The notes beneath the pieces are model-generated. The model was not told where the DNA came from, did not search any database, and saw only the letters and a list, made by a program, of their open reading frames with translations. A DNA stretch of 28,765 bases, taken from contig CAYZRF010000020.1 of assembly GCA_964480775.1 (NCBI GenBank), positions 1 to 28,765 on the forward strand. Reading direction: 5' to 3'. The position numbers and the translations under genes are program-made. Source of the stretch: an uncultured Nitrososphaerota archaeon (GTDB lineage: Archaea > Korarchaeota > Korarchaeia > Korarchaeales > Korarchaeaceae). Positions 15,292 through 24,379 of the stretch are shown here, piece after piece (position 1 is the first letter of the stretch; every line of letters begins with the position of its first letter).

Positions 15292-16962
15292 ATGATGCCC
15301 GAGCTTCTAGAGCCGCTAGCCGAGACAGGGTACTTGATACACCTTGCTTTAGTCTCCACGTTCGCCATAATTTACGCAAGGAGGAAATCAGTGGTGTTGC
15401 TACCAGCCATCATGTTTGCCTCTCTACTGTGTTCATACCTTGGGTTTCAAGCCCACGAAGTACTTATCAGCATATCTCCTTTAGCAGCTGCTTTGATAGT
15501 GTTTGTGGCTGGTTTGGAGCTGGATGTCGAAACCTTCATGGCAGAGAAGGAGAAGCTGTTCATAATGTTCTCAATAGAAGTCATGATGTTCCTTTCTCTA
15601 TTTTACCTCCTCAGCATGACCCTCGGAGGACCTATTTCTTTGGCTTTGGTTGCTATAATGGTTGCATCCAATGAAATGTTTGTTTTAGAGCTGAAAAAGG
15701 TGGGAGATGAGAGATTAGCAAACTTTGGCATTGCATTATCGGTTCTAGAGGACTCTCTAGCTGTTTTCCTTCTCTCTATAGGTTTTTTCACAGAAAGGAG
15801 CTTGAAAGGGATTAGAACTCAAGCTCTTGAGGCTTTGACAATAACCGCGTTACTTGTCCCATTACTCTACCTTTTTGCGAAGCCCTTTAGCAGGCACATA
15901 AAGGGCACTTCAAGGCTAGATGCAAGGATTTTCAGCACAATCCTGTACATTTTCGTTCTAACGTCAATAGGGCATGCTCTGCACGTCCCAGAAGCAATCC
16001 CAGTTTTCATAGGTGCTCTAATGCTGTCTATCTATGGTTTTGATAAGGAAACTTTTGAAAGCATCGAGCACTATTTGATGTTGGCTTTGTTGGGCTTCAT
16101 CTCCTCCCTACCCTTTAGCTTAGATGTGAATATGACCTTAGAAGAATTCCTAATTTCGATGGGGTACGGCTTCTTGTTAGCTTTGGCTGCCTTCACGTTG
16201 AGAGGGCTGATGCTGCTTACATCCTCTATTTTGGCTGGATTCACGGTAGAAGAAGCTTTAAAGATCTCGTTAACTCTTGCAAACACAGGAGAGTTTGGAC
16301 TGATAGTTCTTGCTGGAATGACTGGAATTCTACCTCAAACCGTTGTGTTCGCTGCCATGTTCGCATATGCCTTCAACCTCACGCTGGAGTCGGAGGTGAC
16401 GTTAAGAGTGGAAAGCCTAGTTCCGTTGATCATAAGTAAGATGCCTAAGAGATTGATCGACGCCCTTAGATCACTTAGCTCTCAGGCTGCAGCTTCCCTT
16501 GGTGATCCAGAATTTAAAGGATGGATGTACGGAGCGATTGTGAGGTTAATACTGATATATTTGCTCTTAACCGTTTCAAAGCTCTTGCCACCTGGTCACA
16601 AGCTTGCTGGCTTGGCATTCGCAATGTTCTCGATGGGAGCCTTTATTTCGACTATACAACATACCTACAAGTTCTTTGAAAAGCACATTTTGAGCGAACT
16701 TAACGAGTTTGAGAGAGTAGAAAGTTCTTTCTTCTTTATTCTTAGGCTATTGCTTACTTACATCGCTCTTGCTCCAGTCATGGATCTTCTTGAAACGCTG
16801 ATAAGAACGGAGGAAGGTCTTTGGCTTCCTCTCTCATCCCCAATATCCCTGCTAGGGATGTTTGGTACCGCTTATCTGGTAAATAGCGTTACAAACTGGA
16901 CTATAGAGAAACTAATTGGCTCCTCAAGATCGAAAGAAAGTCAAAAGGTAAAATCACAATAA
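15292..16962 (+). CDS. Divergent cation:proton antiporter-superfamily membrane protein
   Basis: The 556-aa product is highly hydrophobic. It has FVAGLELD and SVLEDSLAVF motifs that resemble the helix-4/5 signatures of CPA-type exchangers. The last 170 aa or so add further transmembrane segments instead of a soluble RCK/KTN domain. The assignment rests on motif resemblance only. Confidence 0.6.
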   Translation: MMPELLEPLAETGYLIHLALVSTFAIIYARRKSVVLLPAIMFASLLCSYLGFQAHEVLISISPLAAALIVFVAGLELDVETFMAEKEKLFIMFSIEVMMFLSLFYLLSMTLGGPISLALVAIMVASNEMFVLELKKVGDERLANFGIALSVLEDSLAVFLLSIGFFTERSLKGIRTQALEALTITALLVPLLYLFAKPFSRHIKGTSRLDARIFSTILYIFVLTSIGHALHVPEAIPVFIGALMLSIYGFDKETFESIEHYLMLALLGFISSLPFSLDVNMTLEEFLISMGYGFLLALAAFTLRGLMLLTSSILAGFTVEEALKISLTLANTGEFGLIVLAGMTGILPQTVVFAAMFAYAFNLTLESEVTLRVESLVPLIISKMPKRLIDALRSLSSQAAASLGDPEFKGWMYGAIVRLILIYLLLTVSKLLPPGHKLAGLAFAMFSMGAFISTIQHTYKFFEKHILSELNEFERVESSFFFILRLLLTYIALAPVMDLLETLIRTEEGLWLPLSSPISLLGMFGTAYLVNSVTNWTIEKLIGSSRSKESQKVKSQ

Positions 16963-17011
16963 GATAATCTCAGAAGTACATTTTTAGAAATAAATTGGGG
17001 GAGAGCTCTCC

Positions 17012-19039
17012 TCATATCGGGAGGAGAGCATAGGACAGGAATAGTGGAAGCAGAGTTATCGACAAGATGTTCTGAAGCTTCACAAGGATGTGAAGCGAGG
17101 GTCCAGCGGTATCCTTCAGCGGATCCCCAAAAGTATCCCCGATGACTGCAGCTTCATGACTCTTTGAACCTTTTCCTCCAAAATGTCCTGCTTCAATGTA
17201 CTTCTTCGCGTTGTCCCAAGCCCCTCCTGCGTTGTACATGAACATTGCAAGTATGGCTGAAACAACCTTTACTGCAATTAGGTAAGCAGCTAAGGCCCAT
17301 ACATTCATCAAGAAGCCTATGACAACTGGAGCTATGAGACCAAGCATAGTCGGAGGAACCATCTCTTTCAACGCGTTCTTCGTCGTTATGTCCACGCATG
17401 TGGAGTAGTCTGCCTTTGCCTCTCCTTCCAATAGCCCTTTGATCTCCCTGAACTGTCTTCTGACCTCCTCAACAACCTGGAACGCGGCGTGACCTACTGC
17501 CCTTATGGCCCAAGCGGAGAACAGGAAGGGAATCGTAGCTCCTATTATAACTGCAACTATGCTTATCGGATCGAAGAGGTTTACGATAACATCATGCACG
17601 CTTGTTATCTCCACTCCCAACAATGAGGCTGCCTCTGTGAGGTAGGCAAAGAGAATGACGACTGCAGTCAGCATCATTGTGGCCATGGCATAGCCCTTTG
17701 TAACTGCCTTGGTAACGTTTCCAACAGCATCCAACATCTCAGTGGATTGACCCACCTCTTCGGTTATTCCAGACATCTCTGCTATACCATCGGCGTTGTC
17801 AGAAATTGGACCGAAGGTGTCCGATGCCATCACGATACCTGTAGTGGATAATATTCCCATTGTTGCAGTTGCAATACCATAGATTCCTTTGAAGCCACCT
17901 CCGCATATGAAATAAGAAGCTATTGTGACGATTGCTATCACGAATACTGGCAATACTGCGCTCTCGAGGCCATATGAAAAACCTGTTATCAGGTTTATGG
18001 CCGCCCCGCTTTTTGAAGCCTCAGCTATCTTCCTAACAACCTTTCCTTCTGATCCCGTGTAATATAAGGTCAGGAGGGCCACGGTGAGGCTTGCTGCTAA
18101 GCCCAAGGTCGCTGAATAAAACAGGTGGATGTCTTGCATGTATTGGGTAGTCAGGACATAGAAACCCACTAGGCAAATGATTCCAGATATGAAAAGCGTC
18201 ATGTATAGGGATTTTGTCACGTTCTTAGTTCTTCTGATGGATAAAATGCCTATTATCGTGGCGATCACGCCTATAGATTCTATGAAGAGCGGGAATGCGA
18301 TTGCTTTGAAGCCGTAAAAGGCCAAGAAGGACATGCCAAGAATCATGGTGCCGATTATGTTGTCTGAGAAGGATTCAAATAGGTCGGCTCCCCTACCAGC
18401 ACAATCTCCAACGTTGTCCCCAACCAGATCGGCAATTACAGCAGGGTTCCTTGGATCGTCCTCTGGTATCTTAGCCTCAACTTTTCCTACGAGATCTGCC
18501 CCGACATCCGCGGCTTTGGTGTATATTCCGCCACCAAGCTGGGCAAAGAGTGCAGCCAAGCTTGCACCAAACCCGAAACCTACTAGAAGACTGGGCTTCT
18601 CGAAAAAGTAGAACAACAGTCCTAGACCAAGAAGGGACATTCCTACTATGGATAAACCTGTAACAGCTCCACCTCTGAAAGCTATTATCATTGCATCAGC
18701 GGCAGACCTCCTTGCTGCGTTAGCTGTTCTCACATTTGCCCTTACGGCAATGCTCATGCCTATGTAGGCTGCAAGAAGTGAGAAAGCGGAGCCCAGAACG
18801 AAACCAAAGGCTATTTCCCATCTAAGGAAGATCCATAGCAGTACTGTGAGCGGGATTACGAAGTAAATTATCGTCAGGAATTCCCTTTTCAGGAAGGCTG
18901 CAGCCCCTTCTTGAATGTACGAGGCAACTTCCCTCATCCTCTCTGTTCCAACGTCTTCTTTTACGACAAGCCATGCTAGAAGACCAACGAAGCCCATAGC
19001 TATGCTTCCAACCAAAGCGGCTAAAAGTCCAGGATTCAC
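17012..19039 (-). CDS. hppA: Membrane-integral proton-translocating pyrophosphatase, K+-independent type by motif
   Basis: The 675-aa product has GGIYTKAADVGADLVGKVE, DNVGDCAGRGADLFES, GNVTKAVTKGYA and GDTFGDPLKDTAGPSLHILVKL. The start is GTG, with GGGGTGAT 6 nt upstream on the minus strand. Confidence 0.93.
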   Translation of the reverse strand: MNPGLLAALVGSIAMGFVGLLAWLVVKEDVGTERMREVASYIQEGAAAFLKREFLTIIYFVIPLTVLLWIFLRWEIAFGFVLGSAFSLLAAYIGMSIAVRANVRTANAARRSAADAMIIAFRGGAVTGLSIVGMSLLGLGLLFYFFEKPSLLVGFGFGASLAALFAQLGGGIYTKAADVGADLVGKVEAKIPEDDPRNPAVIADLVGDNVGDCAGRGADLFESFSDNIIGTMILGMSFLAFYGFKAIAFPLFIESIGVIATIIGILSIRRTKNVTKSLYMTLFISGIICLVGFYVLTTQYMQDIHLFYSATLGLAASLTVALLTLYYTGSEGKVVRKIAEASKSGAAINLITGFSYGLESAVLPVFVIAIVTIASYFICGGGFKGIYGIATATMGILSTTGIVMASDTFGPISDNADGIAEMSGITEEVGQSTEMLDAVGNVTKAVTKGYAMATMMLTAVVILFAYLTEAASLLGVEITSVHDVIVNLFDPISIVAVIIGATIPFLFSAWAIRAVGHAAFQVVEEVRRQFREIKGLLEGEAKADYSTCVDITTKNALKEMVPPTMLGLIAPVVIGFLMNVWALAAYLIAVKVVSAILAMFMYNAGGAWDNAKKYIEAGHFGGKGSKSHEAAVIGDTFGDPLKDTAGPSLHILVKLQNILSITLLPLFLSYALLPI

Positions 19040-19195
19040 TTTGCAATCACCCCATTTCTAAACGTTCTTTTTTGATTAACGCGCTCTTATCTCAACCTGA
19101 TTGATTTAAATTCTTTACTTTTCTCTTAATTTTGGACCTTCAACTGCCTTGGCCTTCAAACAGTTTTTAGTTGAGGCATCTTTTCTGAAAAACTG

Positions 19196-20326
19196 GTGGT
19201 TAAATTCAAAGCTGCTGTATTAGGTTTGGGCCATGTCGGCAAAGTGATAGCTGTTGATCTCTACAATAGGTTTCAAGGAGACTTGGTCATAGCGGACGTG
19301 AGCGAAAGAGCACTAGAGAATGCTGCAAAGGAATTGAAAGGGGTAGAAACTGTGAAATTGGACGCTTCAAATATAGAAAACATAGTTAAGGTCATTAAAG
19401 GAGTAGATCTTTCAATAGGGGCTCTACCCGGGAAGTTTGGCATGAATTGTTGGCTTGCCGCCGTGAAAGCAGGGGTAAATCTTGTTGACATATCATTTAC
19501 ACCAGATGATCCTTTTTTGATGGATGAAGAAGCTAAGAAAGCAGGAGTGACGATCATTCCTGATGCAGGTGTAGCTCCTGGACTCACCAACGTGCTAGCC
19601 GGTAGGGCCTACGCTAAAATGAATGGAAAAGTAGATGAGCTAACGATATACGTTGGTGCAATTCCAGAAAAACCATCAAATCCCCTTGGATACGTGATTA
19701 CGTGGAATCCAGAAGACCTGATAGAAGAGTACACCCGACCCGCCCGCGTCATTCATGAAGGAGTCGAAAAAAGCTTTCCAGCTCTCTCAGGACTGGAGAA
19801 CCTTTCTATTAAGGGTCTAACGCTTGAAGCTTTTAGAACGGATGGTCTCAGAACCATGCTTAGAACTCTTAAAGGAGTTAGAAATATGGAAGAAAAGACT
19901 CTTAGATGGCCAGGCCACGTTCAAAAGATCTTACTTTTGAAAGAACTGGGTTTCTTAGACTTTAACACCGTCAAGATCAATGGTCAGATAGTTTCTCCAG
20001 CAAAATTAACAGCTAGATTGTTTAAGGAGAAACTGACAGGAGATCCCAAGGACATCTTAATCATGCTGGTACGAGCTAAGGGACAGATTGACGAGAAACA
20101 GACAGAGATAAAATACGTTCTCATAGATAGATATGATCAAGCTTCAGGTGTGACTGCATTATCCAGAACAACTGGCTATACTGCAACTGGCATGTTTATG
20201 TTGCTTTCAAAATACAACACTCTAGGTCCTGGCATAATTCCACCTGAGATCATAGGAATGGATGAACATTTGTTCTCAGATCTGATTAGGTGGTTGGAGG
20301 ATCACAGAATAAAGATCTCAAAGTAG
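19196..20326 (+). CDS. Saccharopine dehydrogenase-family NAD(P)-dependent oxidoreductase
   Basis: The 376-aa product has an N-terminal Rossmann motif (AAVLGLGHVGKVIA), then IIPDAGVAPGLTN and LRWPGH motifs typical of the Sacchrp_dh N and C domains. The substrate cannot be told from the sequence; archaeal members include lysine dehydrogenase-like enzymes. Confidence 0.75.
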   Translation: MVKFKAAVLGLGHVGKVIAVDLYNRFQGDLVIADVSERALENAAKELKGVETVKLDASNIENIVKVIKGVDLSIGALPGKFGMNCWLAAVKAGVNLVDISFTPDDPFLMDEEAKKAGVTIIPDAGVAPGLTNVLAGRAYAKMNGKVDELTIYVGAIPEKPSNPLGYVITWNPEDLIEEYTRPARVIHEGVEKSFPALSGLENLSIKGLTLEAFRTDGLRTMLRTLKGVRNMEEKTLRWPGHVQKILLLKELGFLDFNTVKINGQIVSPAKLTARLFKEKLTGDPKDILIMLVRAKGQIDEKQTEIKYVLIDRYDQASGVTALSRTTGYTATGMFMLLSKYNTLGPGIIPPEIIGMDEHLFSDLIRWLEDHRIKISK

Positions 20327-20352
20327 GATGGGATCATTAGCTAATCCCATTC
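20326..20352. terminator. Hairpin between convergent genes
   Basis: ATGGGAT (20328-20334) pairs with ATCCCAT (20344-20350) around a 9-nt loop. The stem extends by a G-U pair and a G-C pair. It begins in the upstream stop codon and is followed by a T-containing tract. Confidence 0.3.
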
Positions 20353-20359
20353 AATCTTT

Positions 20360-20881
20360 CTAAAACGTTTCTTCATGCATAACTCTCTCCAAAGGAATCC
20401 TGCCTCGATCAGAGGGACTTTCGGCTGGCTTTCCTATAGGAATTATTGCTACAGGCCTTACACCATTCGGAGCATTGATTACGGATGCCACAGAACCCTC
20501 ATCAAATGCACCAACCCAGCATGTTCCGTAGCCCATGGAATATGCAGCGAGAAGCATGTTCTGTATTGCTGCAGCAGTATCCTGTATGCAGTAGAGTTTC
20601 CTCCCTCTGTCACCGTAACGAGATGCACTTCTTTCCTCGTTTGCACATACCACAATGACAACAGGCGCTTCAGCTATGAACCACTGACCCAAAGCAGCCC
20701 TAGCTATTTCCTTCTTTCTACTTGGATCCCGAACAACAACAAACTCCCAAGATTGTCTGTTTCCTGCAGAAGGAGCTCGAATTGCGGCTTCAAGGATTTT
20801 CCTCAGATCCTCTTCAGGAATCGGATCTGACTTAAATCTTCTAACGCTTCTTCTTCCGAAGATTGCTTCCATAACATCCAT
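20360..20881 (-). CDS. Nitroreductase-family FMN-dependent oxidoreductase
   Basis: The 173-aa product has RRSVRRF, APSAGNRQSWEFVVV, and a C-terminal GYGTCWVG...P. block typical of the family. Confidence 0.88.
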   Translation of the reverse strand: MDVMEAIFGRRSVRRFKSDPIPEEDLRKILEAAIRAPSAGNRQSWEFVVVRDPSRKKEIARAALGQWFIAEAPVVIVVCANEERSASRYGDRGRKLYCIQDTAAAIQNMLLAAYSMGYGTCWVGAFDEGSVASVINAPNGVRPVAIIPIGKPAESPSDRGRIPLERVMHEETF

Positions 20882-21002
20882 ATACCTTCACAAAACATAG
20901 AATTACTGAAAACTTATTTGCTTGCCTGTGTTTTTAAGGCCCCTCTATGGGGCAGGGATGCACTAAGGTTAAGGGATAAAAGTATATTCTTAACGGGTCA
21001 AC

Positions 21003-21668
21003 ATGGTGATCAAGCTTCAGCTAGCCCTAGATTTAGTTCACCTAGACAGGGCAATAGAGATAGCTAAGAAAGCTTCTAAAAGCGTGGATTTCCTCGAAGC
21101 TGGAACTCCACTGATAAAATCGGAGGGAATCAGGTGCGTTGAGACCCTAAAGAAGATATTTCCTGATAAAAGGATTGTTGCAGACATGAAAACGATGGAT
21201 ACAGGTTATCTGGAGGTGGAAATGGCAGCAAGAGCAGGAGCAGACATAATATCCGTCTTGGGAGCCGCGTCCAATTCTACGATAGCTGGGGCTTTAGAAG
21301 CAAGGGATGACTACGGTGTTGAGGTGATGGTTGATCTGATGGGGATAAAGAACAAGCTAGAGAGGGCCAAGGAAATGGAAAGGATGGGAGTTGACTATCT
21401 AATTGTTCACACGGGAATAGACGATCAAATGACAGGAAAGTCTCCGTTTGAAGAATTTAGGAAGATATCGAGAGAGATTTCAGTTAAATTGGCTGTAGCA
21501 GGAGGGATCAAACCAGAAAGAGTCCAAATACTCAAGGGTAGTAGGGTAGATGTGGTGATAGTTGGCGGGTATATTACGAAGAGTTCTGACCCTACTGAAG
21601 CGGCAGCGCAGATGAGAAAAGCCCTATTCCAGCTAGAAGATAATCCAAGCTATTCAAGGTGGATTTGA
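21003..21668 (+). CDS. hps: 3-hexulose-6-phosphate synthase (OMP-decarboxylase-fold, HPS/KGPDC family)
   Basis: The 221-aa product has LQLALDL, EAGTPLIK, ADMKTMD, VHTGID and AVAGGI...VVIVGG.IT motifs. Confidence 0.85.
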   Translation: MVIKLQLALDLVHLDRAIEIAKKASKSVDFLEAGTPLIKSEGIRCVETLKKIFPDKRIVADMKTMDTGYLEVEMAARAGADIISVLGAASNSTIAGALEARDDYGVEVMVDLMGIKNKLERAKEMERMGVDYLIVHTGIDDQMTGKSPFEEFRKISREISVKLAVAGGIKPERVQILKGSRVDVVIVGGYITKSSDPTEAAAQMRKALFQLEDNPSYSRWI

Positions 21669-22123
21669 TGAGAATCGCAATAGGTAGCGATCACGCAGGA
21701 TTCGAGTTAAAGGAGGAAGTGAAGCAACATCTTATTGAGCTTGGTTATGAAATAAGGGACTTCGGTACTCACAATCAGGAGGTCATCGACTATCCTGATG
21801 TCGCCTTTAAGGTAGCAAGAGAGGTTTCCAAGGGCAACTACGATAGGGGCATCTTAATCTGTGGAACGGGGATAGGGATGTGCATAGCCGCCAACAAGGT
21901 CGTAGGGATAAGAGCAGCCCTCTGTTGGGACGAGAAATCGGCTGAGCTAAGTAGAAGACATAATGATTCCAACGTTTTATGCTTAGGAGGCAGGGTTCTT
22001 AACAAAAGGAAGGCGATCAAAATAGTTGAATTATGGCTTACTACTACGTTTGAAGGAGGAAGACATCAGAGAAGAGTAAGAAAGATAATAGAGTATGAAC
22101 TTAAGGAAAGCGAAGCTGACTAA
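21668..22123 (+). CDS. rpiB: Ribose-5-phosphate isomerase B (RpiB/LacAB family)
   Basis: The product begins MRIAIGSDHAGFELKE and has ICGTGIGM (Cys nucleophile type), RRHNDSN and EGGRHQRRV. ATG 21668 shares one nucleotide with the hps TGA (TGATG), and AGGTGG lies 6 nt upstream. The track ORF begins at GTG 21659. Confidence 0.88.
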   Translation: MRIAIGSDHAGFELKEEVKQHLIELGYEIRDFGTHNQEVIDYPDVAFKVAREVSKGNYDRGILICGTGIGMCIAANKVVGIRAALCWDEKSAELSRRHNDSNVLCLGGRVLNKRKAIKIVELWLTTTFEGGRHQRRVRKIIEYELKESEAD

Positions 22124-22139
22124 GAGTTTTGGAAAAAGG

Positions 22140-22550
22140 TTATTCTCTCCTAACCTCCAACTCATGTTCAAACTGAACAGCTGCCCTCTGGAAGAGCACT
22201 CCAACAGGGCAGATCTTCAGAGTATCTCGCCAGATCTTTCTAACTCTATCTTCGGGCTCGTTGGAAACCACAATCCCCTTTATCCTTCCAGACGTTATGG
22301 TTAGGTCCTTATCAGATTTCTCTGCATCTACTATGACCTCTATGTCTTTGAAGGAGACCTTCTTCCCGCTTGCAATCATGGCAAAGATCGTGGTTATGCA
22401 TCCCGCAAGTCCCATCACTGCCAGCTCTAAAGCAGTAGGAGCAGTATCCGTTCCGCCTTTCTCCCTAGGGAGATCTGTAACCACGCTATGTCCCCTACCA
22501 TCATCAACAACAGACCTGTAGCCCTCAACGAGCTTAGATCGAGCCCTCAT
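22140..22550 (-). CDS. OsmC/Ohr-family peroxiredoxin-like protein
   Basis: The 136-aa product has GGTDTAPTALELAVMGLAGC and a second Cys in LKICPV, which is the OsmC family layout. Confidence 0.85.
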   Translation of the reverse strand: MRARSKLVEGYRSVVDDGRGHSVVTDLPREKGGTDTAPTALELAVMGLAGCITTIFAMIASGKKVSFKDIEVIVDAEKSDKDLTITSGRIKGIVVSNEPEDRVRKIWRDTLKICPVGVLFQRAAVQFEHELEVRRE

Positions 22551-22609
22551 ATTGCATCAACCCATGGATAAAGGAGCAATATAAAACGCTTACTAAGTAA
22601 ATGGACTAG

Positions 22610-22634
22610 AAAATGGTATCGAACCATTTTTATT
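22610..22634 (+). promoter_or_regulatory. Perfect 8-bp inverted repeat plus T-run upstream of pyrG
   Basis: AAAATGGT (22610-22617) and ACCATTTT (22623-22630) flank the spacer ATCGA. The right arm continues as TTTTTATT and ends 22 nt before GTG 22656. It is either an operator overlapping a TATA-like box or a leader hairpin followed by a U-run. Confidence 0.35.
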
Positions 22635-22655
22635 GGTCGAAATAGATAGGAGAAC

Positions 22656-24374
22656 GTGCCCAAATATCTAGTAGTTACTGGCGGAGTCATGTCTGGATTA
22701 GGAAAAGGGATCGCAGCGGCCAGCATAGGAAAGCTGTTAAAGGACATGGGTTTCAGGGTAATACCGATCAAGTTCGATGGATACCTCAATATGGATGCTG
22801 GTACCATGAATCCCTACGAGCACGGAGAAGTCTTCGTTCTTGAGGACGGTTCCGAGTGCGACATGGATCTCGGAACCTATGAGAGATTCCTCAACATTGA
22901 CCTTTTTGGGGATAACAACATAACCTCGGGAAAGCTCTTTTACAGGGTAATCCAAAAGGAAAGGAAAGGGGAATATCTAGGTCAGACAGTCCAGTTCATT
23001 CCTCACGTCACGGAGGAAGCGAAATCCTGGATAAAAATGGTTGCAGAGGAGCAAAAGGCTGACATAGTCCTGATAGAGGTAGGGGGCACCGTAGGAGACA
23101 TAGAGAACGCATACTTCATAGAAGCAATTAGAGAGCTGGTTTTAGAGGAGGGCAGAGAGAACTTCTTCTTCGTCCACGTTACTCTGATACCAGTGATCGA
23201 TCCAGTTGGGGAACAGAAATCCAAGCCCACACAGCATTCAGTTTCGTTGCTGCGCTCAATAGGGATTCAACCAGACATGATAGTTGGAAGATGCGAGCAA
23301 CCCCTTAACTCCAAAGTTAGAAGGAAAATTTCCCTTTTCTGTGATGTTCCTGAAGAAGCTGTTATCTCCGATCACGATGTTGAATCCGTATACATGGTGC
23401 CTTTTCTGTTCAAAGAGCAGGGAGTTCACGAGATAATAGTTAGAAAACTCGGTTTAAAACCCAAGAGAGGAGAAGTGCTCCTATACTGGGAAGAAATTCT
23501 TTCTAGGAGAAAAACTGGAGCTCAAGAAATCAAAATAGCGATAGTTGGCAAGTATACAGGGCTCAAGGATTCATATGCTTCACTAATAGAAGCAATAAGG
23601 CATGCAGAAATGCATCTGGGTGCAAATGTTAACATAAAGTGGGTGGAGTCAACTGACATAGAAGAGGGTAGCCCAACGGAACTTCTGTCAGGGGTTTTGG
23701 GAATAATAGTTCCTGGTGGATTTGGAAGCAGGGGAGTTGAAGGGAAGATCAAAGCAATAGAATATGCCAGGACACACGGCGTTCCGTACTTGGGTCTGTG
23801 CTTTGGTATGCAGCTAGCTGTGGTTGAATTTGCGAGAAATGTATGTGGTCTACAAGGAGCTAATTCCACAGAGATAGATCCAAGCACCCCTCATCCGGTT
23901 GTTGACATACTTCCAGAACAGAAAGAAATAGATGAACTTGGAGGCACAATGAGATTGGGTTCCTTTCCAGCAGTCCTGAAGGAGGGAACCTTGGTCAGGC
24001 GGATTTATGGTAAGGAAATAGTTCACGAAAGACACAGGCACAGGTATGAGATAAATCCAGAATACGTCTCCACTCTAATAAACCACGGTTTAACAGTTTC
24101 AGGAGCTTCTCCTGATGGTAGACTAGTGGAATTCATCGAGATATCGGGCCATCCATTCTTTGTTGGAACCCAAGCACATCCAGAATTTAAATCCAGATTA
24201 GATAGACCGCATCCTCTCTTCATGCAGTTTTTGAAGCATTGTCTGGAAGAAACGGCTCCTAAATTAGCCGAAGATAAGCTTTCTTTAATTAGTGTTGAGG
24301 GTAAAAACCCCCATCTGAAATATTTTTCAGCAAACAATTGGCATAGCGTTGGAAGTCATGATGTTGATCGGTGA
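22656..24374 (+). CDS. pyrG: CTP synthase (with a C-terminal extension of about 40 aa)
   Basis: The 572-aa product has [16 protein letters not shown], the glutaminase domain GLCFGMQL (Cys nucleophile), and HRHRYE..P. The start is GTG, with AGGAG 3 nt upstream. Confidence 0.93.
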   Translation: MPKYLVVTGGVMSGLGKGIAAASIGKLLKDMGFRVIPIKFDGYLNMDAGTMNPYEHGEVFVLEDGSECDMDLGTYERFLNIDLFGDNNITSGKLFYRVIQKERKGEYLGQTVQFIPHVTEEAKSWIKMVAEEQKADIVLIEVGGTVGDIENAYFIEAIRELVLEEGRENFFFVHVTLIPVIDPVGEQKSKPTQHSVSLLRSIGIQPDMIVGRCEQPLNSKVRRKISLFCDVPEEAVISDHDVESVYMVPFLFKEQGVHEIIVRKLGLKPKRGEVLLYWEEILSRRKTGAQEIKIAIVGKYTGLKDSYASLIEAIRHAEMHLGANVNIKWVESTDIEEGSPTELLSGVLGIIVPGGFGSRGVEGKIKAIEYARTHGVPYLGLCFGMQLAVVEFARNVCGLQGANSTEIDPSTPHPVVDILPEQKEIDELGGTMRLGSFPAVLKEGTLVRRIYGKEIVHERHRHRYEINPEYVSTLINHGLTVSGASPDGRLVEFIEISGHPFFVGTQAHPEFKSRLDRPHPLFMQFLKHCLEETAPKLAEDKLSLISVEGKNPHLKYFSANNWHSVGSHDVDR

Positions 24375-24379
24375 TGCTA

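Noticed and set aside
15213-15674. A 153-aa ORF overlaps the start of the antiporter gene in another frame.
   Set aside because: It starts upstream of the predicted BRE/TATA (15256-15275). Its product is Arg/Ser/Cys/His-rich and looks like a non-protein. The overlapping frame gives a coherent 556-aa membrane protein.
17000-17011. A perfect 12-bp palindrome, GGAGAGCTCTCC, abuts the pyrophosphatase stop codon.
   Set aside because: A loopless palindrome can form only a very short hairpin. It contains a common GAGCTC core and no flanking T-tract on the relevant strand. There is not enough evidence to call it a terminator or a binding site.
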